The notes below the pieces were generated by a model. It was not told where the DNA came from, ran no database searches, and was given only the letters and a program-made list of their open reading frames with translations. From Lama guanicoe (lineage: Eukaryota), in assembly GCA_013239625.1 (NCBI GenBank), contig MU053652.1, positions 8,940,077-9,004,076 of the forward strand: a stretch of DNA of 64,000 bases, in the 5' to 3' direction. Below, piece after piece: positions 50,394 through 62,099 of the stretch. The position numbers and the translations under genes were made by a program. Within the stretch, counting starts at the first letter, position 1. The number at the start of each line of letters is the position of its first letter.

Positions 50394-51194
50394 ATGGACA
50401 GCAGCTGCCACAACGCGACTGCCAAAATGTTAGCGACTGCTCCGGCCCGGGGCAATATGATGAGCACCTCCAAACCCTTGGCTTTCTCCATCGAACGAAT
50501 CATGGCGCGCACCCCCGAACCCAAGTCCCTGCCCGTCCCCCACTTCCTGCAGGGAGCCGTGCCCAAGGGGGACCCGAAGCACCCTCTGCATCTTAACTCG
50601 TCGATCCCTTGCATGATCCCCTTCGTGCCTGTGGCGTACGACACGAGCCCCAAGGCAGGAATGACCGGGTCGGAGCCGCGGAAGGCGAGTCTGGAGGCTC
50701 CGGCCGCGCCGGCAGCGGCGCCCGCGGCGCCCGCGTTCAGCTGCAGCGACCTGCTCAACTGTGCGCTGAGTCTCAAGGGCGACCTGGCGCGCGACACGCT
50801 ACCGCTGCAGCAGTACAAGCTGGTAAGGCCGCGTGTGGTTAACCATTCTTCCTTCCACGCCATGGGAGCCCTGTGCTACCTGAATCGTGGTGATGGCCCG
50901 TGCCACCCAGCGGCCGGCGTTAACATCCACCCGGTGGCCTCCTACTTCCTCAGTTCCCCTTTGCACCCGCAGCCAAAAACATATTTAGCTGAAAGGAATA
51001 AACTGGTGGTCCCGGCAGTGGAGAAGTACCCCTCGGGAGTAGCTTTCAAAGACTTGTCCCAGGCTCAGCTGCAGCATTATATGAAAGAAAGCGCTCAGCT
51101 TCTGTCGGAAAAAATCGCATTCAAAACCTCGGACTTCAGCCGAGGCTCTCCTAATACCAAGCCCAAAGTTTTCACTTGCGAAGTGTGTGGAAAG
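50394..51194 (+). CDS. FEZF1: FEZF1 coding exon 1 (MDSSCHNATAK...; eh1 motif FSIERIM aa 31-37; start of zinc finger 1)
   Basis: gtcATGg strong Kozak context, 801 nt = 267 codons, AAG|GTAAGC donor. The N-terminus and eh1 motif are typical of FEZF1, and the gene lies next to CADPS2. Confidence 0.97.
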
Positions 51195-51346
51195 GTAAGC
51201 ACTGTGAGTGTGTTGGCGGTGGTGGTAGTGGGGCTTCCTTCCTTCCAAAGTTTATCTTATTTCGTAATTATTTGTATACACGTAATAGTTATCACCCCCT
51301 TCCCCTCCCACTGCCTGGTTTGATTTCAAGGTGCTTGTTGGGCTAA

Positions 51347-51556
<210 letters not shown>

Positions 51557-51776
51557 TAGAAAAATGGCTGAGAATCTCGTACTTTTTTTTTTTAGCATAA
51601 GATTTGTTTCAAATGTGCCGGCTTGGACAGGGGGAAATGCCGGGTATTGCTTGCCTTTGTTCTGCCCAAAGCATGAGGGAGAGCATTACACCGTTTTCGA
51701 GTTCGTAAGACTCCACTTAATAACAAGATACCTCAATACTCAAAATACTTCTCTGCCTTTCCTCCCTTCCGCTTAG

Positions 51777-51932
<156 letters not shown>

Positions 51933-52336
51933 TAGTCTCACCGAAACCCCTCGGCTTCGAGGGATGTCAGAAAATGGTCTAAAAAGTGCAGCTAGTCACC
52001 GGCTCATGTGTCGCCATTCTAACCTGGTAACGCGCAAGTCTGCTTAGAATTAGAGAAAGGCATGGCTCATATAAAGCGGGGATATTTCTTTTTAACCGCT
52101 TATTCTCACTTTATATAATTGGATTAACTGCTGTATTAAAATGTGGAGGGAACTGCTTCCTTGTTGATGTTTTAAAAATAAATTCGGGGATCGGAGTGCA
52201 GGCGGGCAGTGCAGCCCTGTACCGGCTGTCCGAGCTGTGGCAGCTCTTCCTTTTGCCTCACTGTCCTTTGATCGTCCGCTCCTCCCTTTTCAAGCTCTCT
52301 TTTCAGGTCCACGTCCCTGTCATTTGTCTGTTTTAG

Positions 52337-52695
52337 GGAATTACAAAAACCACAAGTTGACCCACAGCGGGGAGAAGCAGTTCAAGTGCAATATCTGCAA
52401 CAAGGCTTTCCACCAGGTTTACAACCTCACCTTCCACATGCACACGCACAACGACAAGAAGCCCTTCACCTGCCCCACGTGCGGCAAGGGCTTCTGCAGG
52501 AACTTTGACCTCAAGAAGCACGTCCGCAAGCTGCACGACAGCAGCTTGGGCCTGGCTCGCACGCCTGCCGGGGAGCCGGGCGCGGATCCGTCCCCGCCTC
52601 TCCAGCAGCCGCCGCCCGCGCCGCTGCCGCCGCTGCCGCCGCCGCTGCCGCCCCCTGGGCCCTTGCAGCCTGGGCTCCACCCGGAGCACCAGTGA
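52337..52695 (+). CDS. FEZF1: FEZF1 coding exon 4 (end of finger 4, fingers 5-6, proline-rich tail)
   Basis: ttttag|GG acceptor completes the split Gly codon; NYKNHKLTH...HPEHQ then TGA. Total CDS 801+135+133+359 = 1428 nt = 475 aa plus stop. Confidence 0.97.
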
Positions 52696-53371
52696 TCAAG
52701 GCCAAAGTGCCCCCCCCCAAGTCCCAGTTGGGGTCCCCACTACCGAGGTAGCGGCGGAATAGAGCTGGATCTCTCTACCCAAGCTCGTCTCCAAAACCCA
52801 GGGCATGTTGGGCCCCCCACGCTAGCGTCGCTGACCAGAAGCCTCTGAATTCCCCGGCCTTTCGCCTCTTGCATGTATCTGCTAAATGGTTTTGTGTATT
52901 ATATTCTATATAGGCACTAACAATTATGAGAAGATTAGGGGGGGTTGTTTGTTTCCTGTTTTGTTTTTCTTTTTTAAATTTGGAAAGATTTTTCATCTCG
53001 GGTGGAGAGATGGTGTTTTGTTTTGTTTTTTTTAAAAAAAACTTCTGCTGTATTTATTGAGATCTGTATTATTCTATCCGGGAATGCTGCACCACTTTAA
53101 TTTTATTATTGTATATATTTACACTGTGTTGATTCTACGGTCTCAAGATGCCTGCCGAGTGTTTATTACCATTTCCTCTTTGCCTGAGGTAACAAAACTC
53201 TCTGTGTATGTTATATATACACACACTGATGTGTGTGCCTGTAAAGGCACATTCCACATTCGTGAGCACACACACGCACACATCCGCATTAGATAAGAGT
53301 GGTTCATTATGGATGAATTTGAATTTTGGTTTTGATTCTTGCACGTGAAAATTGATTCATTGACTGTTGGA

Positions 53372-53377
53372 AATAAA
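53372..53377 (+). terminator. FEZF1: FEZF1 poly(A) signal candidate
   Basis: The first AATAAA I found after the stop, about 680 nt downstream, at the end of an AU-rich 3' UTR that contains TGTA elements. Confidence 0.7.
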
Positions 53378-54099
53378 TACTTGGAACATGCTTATTTAAT
53401 CAACAACTTTCAGGGTTCTGTTCATACTATGGAGATCACTGATTCTGACCCCGTCAGTCTTCTTCCTTTTTTAAAGAGTTCATCCCTGAGTTATTATCAC
53501 TTAACGTTTGATCTGAAAAAAAAAGCAAATAATAGTCTCCCCCAATAGTTAGAACTTGGGGAAAGTAATGAAATTTGGTAAGTTCAGAGATGGAAGATGT
53601 GGAGCTTTCTAACAGAAGCACGTCTTTGTCCTGGACCATCTGATTTGTTTGTAGTGCTCAGTTAAGTGGGAACGACATATCTAGACGTGTGTAATATACA
53701 TCCCCACATAACGCGTTACAATGACAGCATTCAGATGGGGATCTATTGTTCGCATCCTGAAGGCACAGGCTGACTTGTACACAGCTGGCAAAGGGAGCCT
53801 CCGTGTTTTTATGTGTGTATATATGTTTATAGACGAATATACTTCCATTCAAGGAGGAAACATGGATGAAAACCAAACTGTGGCGTGTGCCAGGTCCTTG
53901 AAATGCTTTAAGTGTTAATCAGTAGCTTCGCTGTGAGCTCTGGCTCTGGTGTTTTCTAACTGCAAGTCTCTCCTGTTTTCTTGCCAAAACAGTGAAACAA
54001 CTGCTAAAGACTTTAATTAAGAGGGGTAATTAGTTCAGATTTATCAAAGCCGGGTTGTTATACTATTAGCTGCTCAGTAGAAGCTGCCAGACAAGCTCC

Positions 54100-54820
54100 C
54101 AGCCCAGCGCAGCCGTCCCGCTGCAGCGGGGCCACATCCGGGGAGAGAGGCTGGGGAGAGTGGGCCGCAGGGGTTCTCACAGCCCCGCCGGCCCCGGGGG
54201 TGCGTCTTGGCCCCTCCCTCGACCTCGCGCTCCCGCCAGGCCGGGGTAGGGGGGGGGTGCGGCAGAGAACCCGCCGCGGATCCGCACCCCTAGCGCAGGG
54301 CAGGGAGGCCTCGCCGGCTCTCCAAGCGCCCCGACGGTAACTAGAGAGGCTCGGGAACGAGTTTAAAATTGCAGTCCCGCCTCACTTTTGTACATCTTGG
54401 AGCGCTCGTGGAAATGCGGCTCCGGGCAGCGACAGGCGGGACGAAGGACGGAGACCCGCAGTGAGCGCCGCAGGAGCGAGGCGGCGATTCCCTTGGCAAC
54501 CAGTGGCCGCATTTCCAGTGGGGGAAGGCTCGAGGACTCGAGCGGCTCCTTGACGACCCAAGAGTCAGGGAAGTGACCGACACCCCCGGTAGGGCGCCCG
54601 CGGGCAGGTGGATGAGCGGTTCTCGCGGGACAGCCGAGCCAAGTTGCACTGGGGCCCCTCTTGCGTTGGGGGAGCCCAAGGCCTCAGGCACCGAGTTGGA
54701 CCAGTGGGTTCCTGAGAACAAGGAATTCCTGATTCCGTGTACGGACGTCGAGTCCAGACTTCTCCGTTCTTGCCCCAGGACTCACGCCCTTCAACATCCA
54801 TCCCATCGCCCTCCGGCAGT
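54100..54820. promoter_or_regulatory. CpG island downstream of FEZF1
   Basis: GC- and CpG-dense block starting about 0.7 kb after the FEZF1 poly(A) signal. Confidence 0.8.
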
Positions 54821-57800
54821 GGGTCTTTTAAATCTTTACCCAGCAATCAGCAGATCGAATCCCTACCTTTCTGTTTTCCTGACCTCCCCACACCCCACCT
54901 TATCATTTGCTGAGACTAGATCCGAATTAGATTTGACTTCGGAAAGAAATGGAGAGTTTTGAAATTCCATATTTGGGTAATTCTGAATCTGCGAGGTTGG
55001 CAGTGGTGCCACTTCCCCCAAACATCGCAGCGGAGTGGAAAATCTTGTCCCAGGTGTGGGCCATGTTCCCTCTCAGCTGCCTGCGCCCCAGGCAGCTTTG
55101 GGAAATGGGAAATGTAGTTTATGGGTAACCACCTTTTTGAGGTGGCTTTGTTGGCTCCTGAAAGCATGTGTTCTCTCTGAGTAAACAGACTGAGGTCAGG
55201 GGTCGTTATAACGGCCAGAAGATGGCCTCTGCCTCTTGAATTTATTTCCAATAGGTATTTGAACTTACTCTCGAAACCCCAGGATGTGATTCTCCCAGAC
55301 TTTCAAGGTGACACAATTTTACTGGCGGAAAAGAAAATGAACATCGTTGAGGAAAATTACCAAACCATAACATACTTACAGTTAGGAAGTGTAATATTGA
55401 AGAAAGAAGTCTTCCATGGAAGGATAGAATTGGCCTGTTGAGGGTGAGGTGGGGGAGGGAGAGAGAGACAGAGACAGAGATGGAGACAGAGACAGAGAAG
55501 TGGAGGATCTGTTACTGTAATCTGGAAATACTTTGTGAAGGTCTCACTTGGGATGGGGCAATCATTCCAGAGAAGGCAGGCGAAGGAAACGGTTGTCTGT
55601 CAGGTCACAGGTTTGAGTAGCTTGAAGTGGTGGTGATTAAGTAGGAGAGACTGAAAAGACATTCTCTAAAATAAGCACTCAAGAGAACTACTTGTCAAGA
55701 GGTAAACTATCGATGAACTTTGATTTATGACAAAGCTGTTTGAGCTTACTAAGTAAACATCGAGGAGAACCTCCTTAAAGACAGTATGAGCTTAGAGAAT
55801 AAACCAGGGTGGGGAGGGGGTTAAAATCGATGAAGGGAGATACTCAGCTAATAGCCAATGGAAGACCTTATAGTTCTCGCCCCTCCAATAAATATTAGGT
55901 GATTTTTGTCCTTCACTATCTGATCTGTAGTTATGTGCTTATATAAATGTTTATGTTCATTCATGAACCAAGTACCTTAATGGTATGAATAACAAATTGG
56001 CTCATCTCAGTCCACCTTCTTTTTACTAGAAGTTAGCCAGCTAATTTTCTCATGTTTAGTAAGGAAAAGTGGCCAGTGTTCGGATTATCTGAGGCAGGAA
56101 ATGGTTTATTTTCAACTCCCTGTTAGAGTTAACTTCTGGTACAGAGATGGTTGCCCCTTAAGACTACAGGAACCAATTTTAGAAAGTTACTGACCTGGGG
56201 CCTTATGTTTTGTTCAGTTTTGGAAATTAGAATATAGAATGGAATTAACAATGTAAGTAATTAATTATGTAAGTAATTAATGCCTATTGATTTTATTTTA
56301 ACCCAGAATCCAAATCCTGATTTCTCGTAATCTCTTCTGAAAGGATATAATTTGTTCTGACTTTAAAAATTTTTTTAGTTTGAGAAGAAGGTATTGTGCA
56401 AGATTAGGACTGAGGTATCAATTTTTTCTGTAGTAAATGAAAGTATTTTTTAGGAGCCTCATTAAAGCAGTTACTTGTTAGTGAAGTTTTAGTGAGTTTC
56501 TCATAGAACTTCGCTACTTTCTAGATGTGGAAGAACTAAATCCACAAAGAGCAATGGAATCATGATTCCCAGAATCTGTGCACACTGTTTGATTGATGCC
56601 CCTTATATTAGTGGCAGTTGACAATGTCAGAAATCATGATTTTGTTAGACTTGGTGACAATTCAAAGCACTGACTTAATTATAACTGTAATGGGATGTTT
56701 TGTCTTTGTAAAGTATTTATCACAAAATACGCAATATAAAATCCAAACTATCTCAAATTCAAAATTAGTGTTCATTTCTTACATAAGTGTTTTCTTTGTC
56801 GCTTTATAAACCTTTCTAATGGGTAAAATCTTTATTACACATGAAGCTTATGCTTTTAAGGGATCATGACGTACTCTGTTACCAAACAGTACGTACATTT
56901 TCTCAAAAGCATAAAAATTAGAGACAAACCTAAATTTCAGTGAGTAAGAATATGAAGTTGTTGCCTGGGCCTGAAAAACATTTTGAACCAGATAAAGCAT
57001 TGCCTTTTTGCTATGCTTTTTGCCAAAAACACAGATTACTTTCATGTAAGAAACTATATGTATCCATTAGGTTAATTAAAAGCTAAAAAACAAATCATAT
57101 TTGTAAGTAGATACCTTGTAAGTATAATATGTTATTATAAATTTCACTGTTTCCAGAAATCAATGCATATGTCCAGTCCAGCTCCAGGCAGACTAGCTAA
57201 AAACAAAAGTATATTAAACAACACACTGGTCATTTGTGTTCTCTTGGTGTTGAAGCAATTGCCATTTCAAACTAGGATAGATTACTTACTCTGGGCAACA
57301 GGGAAGAAGAGGGAGCTGGGTGCTTAAATGACCTTACTAGGAAAACCTACCTCTGCTATTATATTTTTTCTGCTTGTATTGTGACATGTTGCCCATAATG
57401 AACTTTGAGGAAAAGTCAAAATCCATCATGCACTTGAATGGGTACAAACTTATCACAAACAACCGTGCACATTTTCTCTTCAAGTTCGAAGGGAAGTTGG
57501 GTGTCAAATGAAATCATGTTGCCATTGGTCTTATGAAGATCAAGTTATTAAATAAAGATGAAATAAGATTTTGTCAATACAAGTCACCAGCGCTAATATT
57601 TTGCTGTCAAACAAATCAATGTTGCTCATGGGTACAAAGGTGTGGGAGTAGGGAGAGAGAGCATCACATATCCCTTCCTAACTGGAGCTGGGAATCTATC
57701 CCCAGATGAAGAACAGCTCTCCAGTTTGAGTTAACTCTGTTCTTGATCACAAAAGTATGAACTTTTCACCCGTGAGAAATCTGAAAGTTCAGACCAATGC

Positions 57801-58279
57801 GAGCCCTCGAACATAGTAACAAATACAGTGACGTCTTTTGATAGCCCAGCATAGAAATGTCATTTGTCATTTAAATGTGAACCAAATCTGGAGTAAGTGA
57901 AAACATTCCACACAGGTAAATTGTTTACACAAATCTCTGGATAAGATTTGTATTTTTAAAATTTCAACTAAAACCAAAATTTGGGACAAACCTCTGCAGA
58001 ACAAACAACCCAGTTTTTTCAAGGAACAGTAAAAGAGTATGGGAAAAGAAGAGCTAGAAAAAGAAGAGAAAATAGAGGGAGAGGAGGAGGGGAGAGGGAA
58101 GGGGGAGGAAAGGGACAAGGACCAGAAGAACAAGAATACCTATCACTTAAAAGAGATTTTAAAAACAGTTGCTATGTTTTTAACATAGCTATTTATTTTA
58201 ATAGTTGCTAAAATACAGTTGCTATTAATAACAATTGCTAAATGTAAATCTTATTTCAATCCCAAGTTAATAAAACAAA

Positions 58280-58625
58280 CTGTAAAAATGAAAGTCACTT
58301 ATGACATCTGAGACTTCTGGAAATTTGAACACTGACTGGGTGTTTAATAAAATTAAGGGAGTATGTTTACTTGTCAAGATATGAAAAAAGCATTGTGGTT
58401 TTGTTAAAAAATAGTTTGTTTAGAGCTAGGTATTCAACTATTTAAGGAAGAAGTGATAAGACATCTGGAATTGGTTTAGAAATAATACAAGAGAAGGAAA
58501 CTGAGTGTAAGTACAGATAAATAAAATTGGCCATGAATTGGTAATTGTTGAACCTGGGTGATGGGTAAACGAAATTATGGTATACATCCTGAATACTTTT
58601 GATTGACTTTAAGTTTTCATTTAAA
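58280..58625 (+). mobile_element. Old L1 (L1MC/L1MD/L1ME-like) 3' UTR fragment
   Basis: gaaatttgaacactgactgggtgtttaat...aaattggccatgaattggtaattgttgaacctgggtgatggg is a recognisable old L1 3' UTR motif. Confidence 0.65.
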
Positions 58626-59784
58626 TGTCTTTTACAGAAAGTTGTATCACATCACAAAACATTTTCCCCCTAAACACGTATAATCCTATCACCTTAAAGC
58701 ATTAATTATATTGTTTACACTGTTCTTTTTAGTCTGATTCCAGGACTAACACCATTATGATATAGTACTTCAAACATTTTGGAGAAGTAAATGATTCTAT
58801 AATTAAACAATTAAATAATTGTCAGTTTATGATGTAGAAGCAGAGAACCAGTGGCTCTGTTCCTCTCCTGAGAAGCAAAAAAGTTGAGAGCAAATGACAA
58901 TAAAAAATTTATATTGGTTGGGATATAGGCAGTGAGGAAGAAACATATGCATGCATGGGTTGGTTGAAAGGCAATGCATCAAATGGAAACTACCATTGGT
59001 ATAGCATGGGTGTAGTCACTCTGAGTATAGTCACCCGAGAAAATCAGAACTAAAACTCAGGATACATAGAGTATACATACATATTTCTTGAGCACAAATG
59101 TTTTATACAGTGAGTTCAAAATATAACATGAGAAATCAAATTTCAGATATGTGGGGGAGTAGTTCAGGCTTCTTCTAAAAACCTGTAGGAATTCTGATAA
59201 GCCTGAGGGAAAAATTGGGGAAACATGAAAATGAATTCAGCTAGTCAACCAAACTACTGTATGCTTGAGACACCATGGGACAAGCCTTGTACTAAACGCT
59301 GTGACAATAAAAATGCAATAAAGGGGTACTTTCTGAGCTTTGATGGATCTCAATCATAATATATATATATAATTAGGAATAACTAAAAATAGTCACAAGT
59401 ATCAAAATACAGTGGAAGAGCAGGGAGAGTTTCTCAAAGGAGGGCCTAATGAAGTAGGCGAGGCAGATATTTGGAAAGGCTTTCCTGAGGAAGTGATTTT
59501 AATGCAAGTATTTTTTTACCATCTTCTGTACCTTCCTTATCTATAAACCAGTGTTTTGGTTTATAGAAGAAAATACAATTCTAGAACAAAAACTCAGTTC
59601 TGCTTTGAGCCTCAGAGTTGACCTTTAGAATTCATGGTGAGACAAGTCTTCAAATGTAGCCCTTGCCAAGAGAAAAATGATTTTTCTTAATTTCAAAAGC
59701 TGTATTTAGTCCTCCCTTCTTGGGGGAGACTCAAATATTAGTGTTAAACATATAAAAAGTAAAGAGATAATACGTAATTATTTC

Positions 59785-61245
59785 TGTAACATGTACCTGT
59801 TTGGACCGTGCCAGAGATAAGCTGATCTTGGCGAATGACACTTGATTTATGAAACTTAACCTGGGGATAAGTCCAATTATAGCCGTTGTCCCACTGTTGG
59901 TCTCTTAGCTGGAGTGAATGTTGTCCCATTGATGGTCTCTCAGCTGGAGTAAATGAACATTTCCAGGCCTGGCATACTGCTGTCTATCTACCAGAGTCTA
60001 CTTTCCTCTGCAATAAAAAGTAAAGACTTCCTGGAACCATTTGTTTTCACTTGGAAAGGACAGCAGTACACTTTCTTTGTCTTATGTCTAAGTATGTGAT
60101 TTCTCATGTTCTCTGCACAACCTGAACTGCTGAAAAGTTGATAGCCTCCTTGCCCCTCAAGAAGTCATGTGGATCCACTGTGTTGATTGTATCATGTTGA
60201 TTGAATTTGTTGAGCAGGAGGTTGCAAGTCTATACCTTGGTAAGGCACAGGTGTGTCAGAAGTTTAGTGATAAACCCAAGGAAAATTCAGGAGCCTGTGA
60301 CTACAGTGATGTGTTAGGGGCCTAAAGGTATGGAGTTGGTTGCCATAGCACCTCCAAAGTGAAAATGTTGCTGCATTAAACACCTCCTATCCTTAAGAAA
60401 AAAGTTACAACATGGTGTTTTTGATTATGGAGGTGACATCCATATCTGAGGTTGTCGTTTGGACTTATTTACTGAGTGGCCTGAAAAGCTACAAATTTTG
60501 AGTGCAATCCAGAGCAAAGTAAGTCTTGAGAGAGGATACACCTGCAGTTAAAAGATCCGTGCAACAAATGCAATAGTGATATAAGTGTCAGTGGCAGATC
60601 AGAATGCCATATGGAGACTCTGTCAGGACTCAGTAGGTGAATCATTGGGCAGATCCTTAGGTTTCAGAGCAAAGCCATGTCCTCTTCTTCAGAGAATTAT
60701 GCTCTATTTCAGAAAAAGCTCTGACCTTTACTGAGTCCTAGAGGAGACTTGATACCTCACAACTGAACATCAAATAACTTTAAAACTTAAGCCTCCCAAT
60801 GTGAACAAGGTGTCTTTGGCCCACCAATCCACAGAGTTGAGTTTATGAAACATGATTTCACTACCAAGTGAAAGTGGTAGATTTGAAATTTGGCCTGATT
60901 AGGTCCCAAGGGCAAAAGGAAGTTGCAAGAGCAGATGTCCCAGGCTTTCATACTGTCTGTATTTTTAACCCATATTTATGGTCTCTTGGGACATTCTCTA
61001 TAATAATTGGCTGAGGGAAGAAAAATATGAGTCTAATTTAAAGATTGCTCCACATGATACATGGACACCAGTCAGAAGTGAATCCCTGAAGCATTGTAAC
61101 CCCAAGCACAGGAAAACTTCAAAGATATATAAGGGACATATTTTCTTTGGAATGAACTTTTGAGTAATATATTAGGTTGCCCATTTGAAGGAGAGATGGC
61201 AAGAAGTATGGATCTACATTTATTCTTAATCGGTAGCTAATTATA
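59785..61245 (+). mobile_element. Degenerate ERV-L (class III) pol remnant: reverse transcriptase to RNase H
   Basis: Piecewise translation gives PVWTVP..SWRMTLD (59796), PFVFTWKGQQYTFFVL (60037), IHCVDCIMLIEFVEQEVAS (60173, a decayed YIDD motif) and INPRKIQEP. Later remnants resemble SKAM.SS.ENY..F.K.L and W.EV.IY. All are colinear with ERV-L pol, with many stops and frameshifts. Confidence 0.85.
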
Positions 61246-61433
61246 AAACCAAGAAATGAAGAACAAAAAATTTAGAATAATGATTACCTATGAGTAGGAA
61301 ATAAGCCAATGAAATTGGAGATTACACACAGAGGCTCCATTGTTAGCGATGTAGTCTTTTTATTAAACTGGACTGTGTGAATTAGGATGATTACTAATAG
61401 ATTTTATCACTAGTATTTTTTATCTGATTAGCA

Positions 61434-61722
61434 TTTTTAAAATAATTTTATTCTTTAATTGAAGTATATTTGATTTACAATGTTTTGTTAGTTTCAAGTG
61501 TATAGTAAAGTGATTCATATACATATACATACACACATATATACACACATACATATACACTATATGTACTATATATGTAATCTGTTCTTTTCTGGATTCT
61601 TTTCCATTATAGGTATTACAAGGTATTGAATATAGTTCCATGTGCTATTCAGTAGGTCCTTGTTGTTTATCTGTTTTATACATAGTAATGTGTATCTGTT
61701 AATCTCAAACTTCTAATTTATC
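61434..61722 (-). mobile_element. 5'-truncated L1 3' end with 13-bp TSD
   Basis: taattgaagtatatttgatttacaatgtt...ttgaatatagttccatgtgctattcagtaggtccttgttgtttatc is a reverse-strand L1 3' UTR. TSD tatctgattagca at 61421-61433 and 61723-61735. Confidence 0.88.
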
Positions 61723-62032
61723 TATCTGATTAGCACGTCATTTAAAAAAAGGTTAGAAACATCACTACATTTTGGAACCTTTAGGATACATCTAATTCTG
61801 AGGAAAATCCATATCCTTAAATACTTAGGAGAATAGTCTAAAAAGAAAGAAGAGAAATTTATTTAGCACTTAACTCATGAAGTTAGAAAAAGAGCAAAAA
61901 TGTTTAGGTAAAATGGTGAAACTGATCATTAACAAATTAAATAACAGAAAAACAAGATAATTAATAAATGAGACCATGCTGTTTCTTTTGAAAAATGATA
62001 AATCATAGGATTAAATAGTATTGGGGTCAATT

Positions 62033-62078
62033 TTTTTAAAACATTTTTATTGATTTATAATCATTTTACAATGTTGTG
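62033..62078 (-). mobile_element. 46-bp L1 3' tip with perfect 16-bp TSD
   Basis: The reverse complement cacaacattgtaaaatgattataaatcaataaaaatg matches the tip of the 31011-31239 element. TSD agtattggggtcaatt at 62017-62032 and 62079-62094. Confidence 0.9.
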
Positions 62079-62099
62079 AGTATTGGGGTCAATTGAGTA

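Larger units (their letters stand above)
45010..50900 (-). ncRNA. Possible antisense lncRNA at the position of human FEZF1-AS1 (exons not resolved)
   Basis: Synteny with human, plus minus-strand GTRAGT donors at 49996-50001, 48615-48620, 48574-48579 and 48066-48071 and a minus-strand AATAAA at 45034-45039. There is no direct transcript evidence and the boundaries are guesses. Confidence 0.3.

Noticed and set aside
51195..51323. ORF-track read-through of FEZF1 exon 1 into intron 1 (hydrophobic tail)
   Set aside because: The strong AAG|GTAAGC donor splits zinc finger 1, which is completed by exon 2. The tail is just GT-rich intron sequence.
56251..58245. Small AT-rich tandem repeats (atgtaagtaattaat x2 at 56251-56281; agttgcta-like x4 at about 58165-58240)
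   Set aside because: These look like ordinary slippage products with no supporting context.
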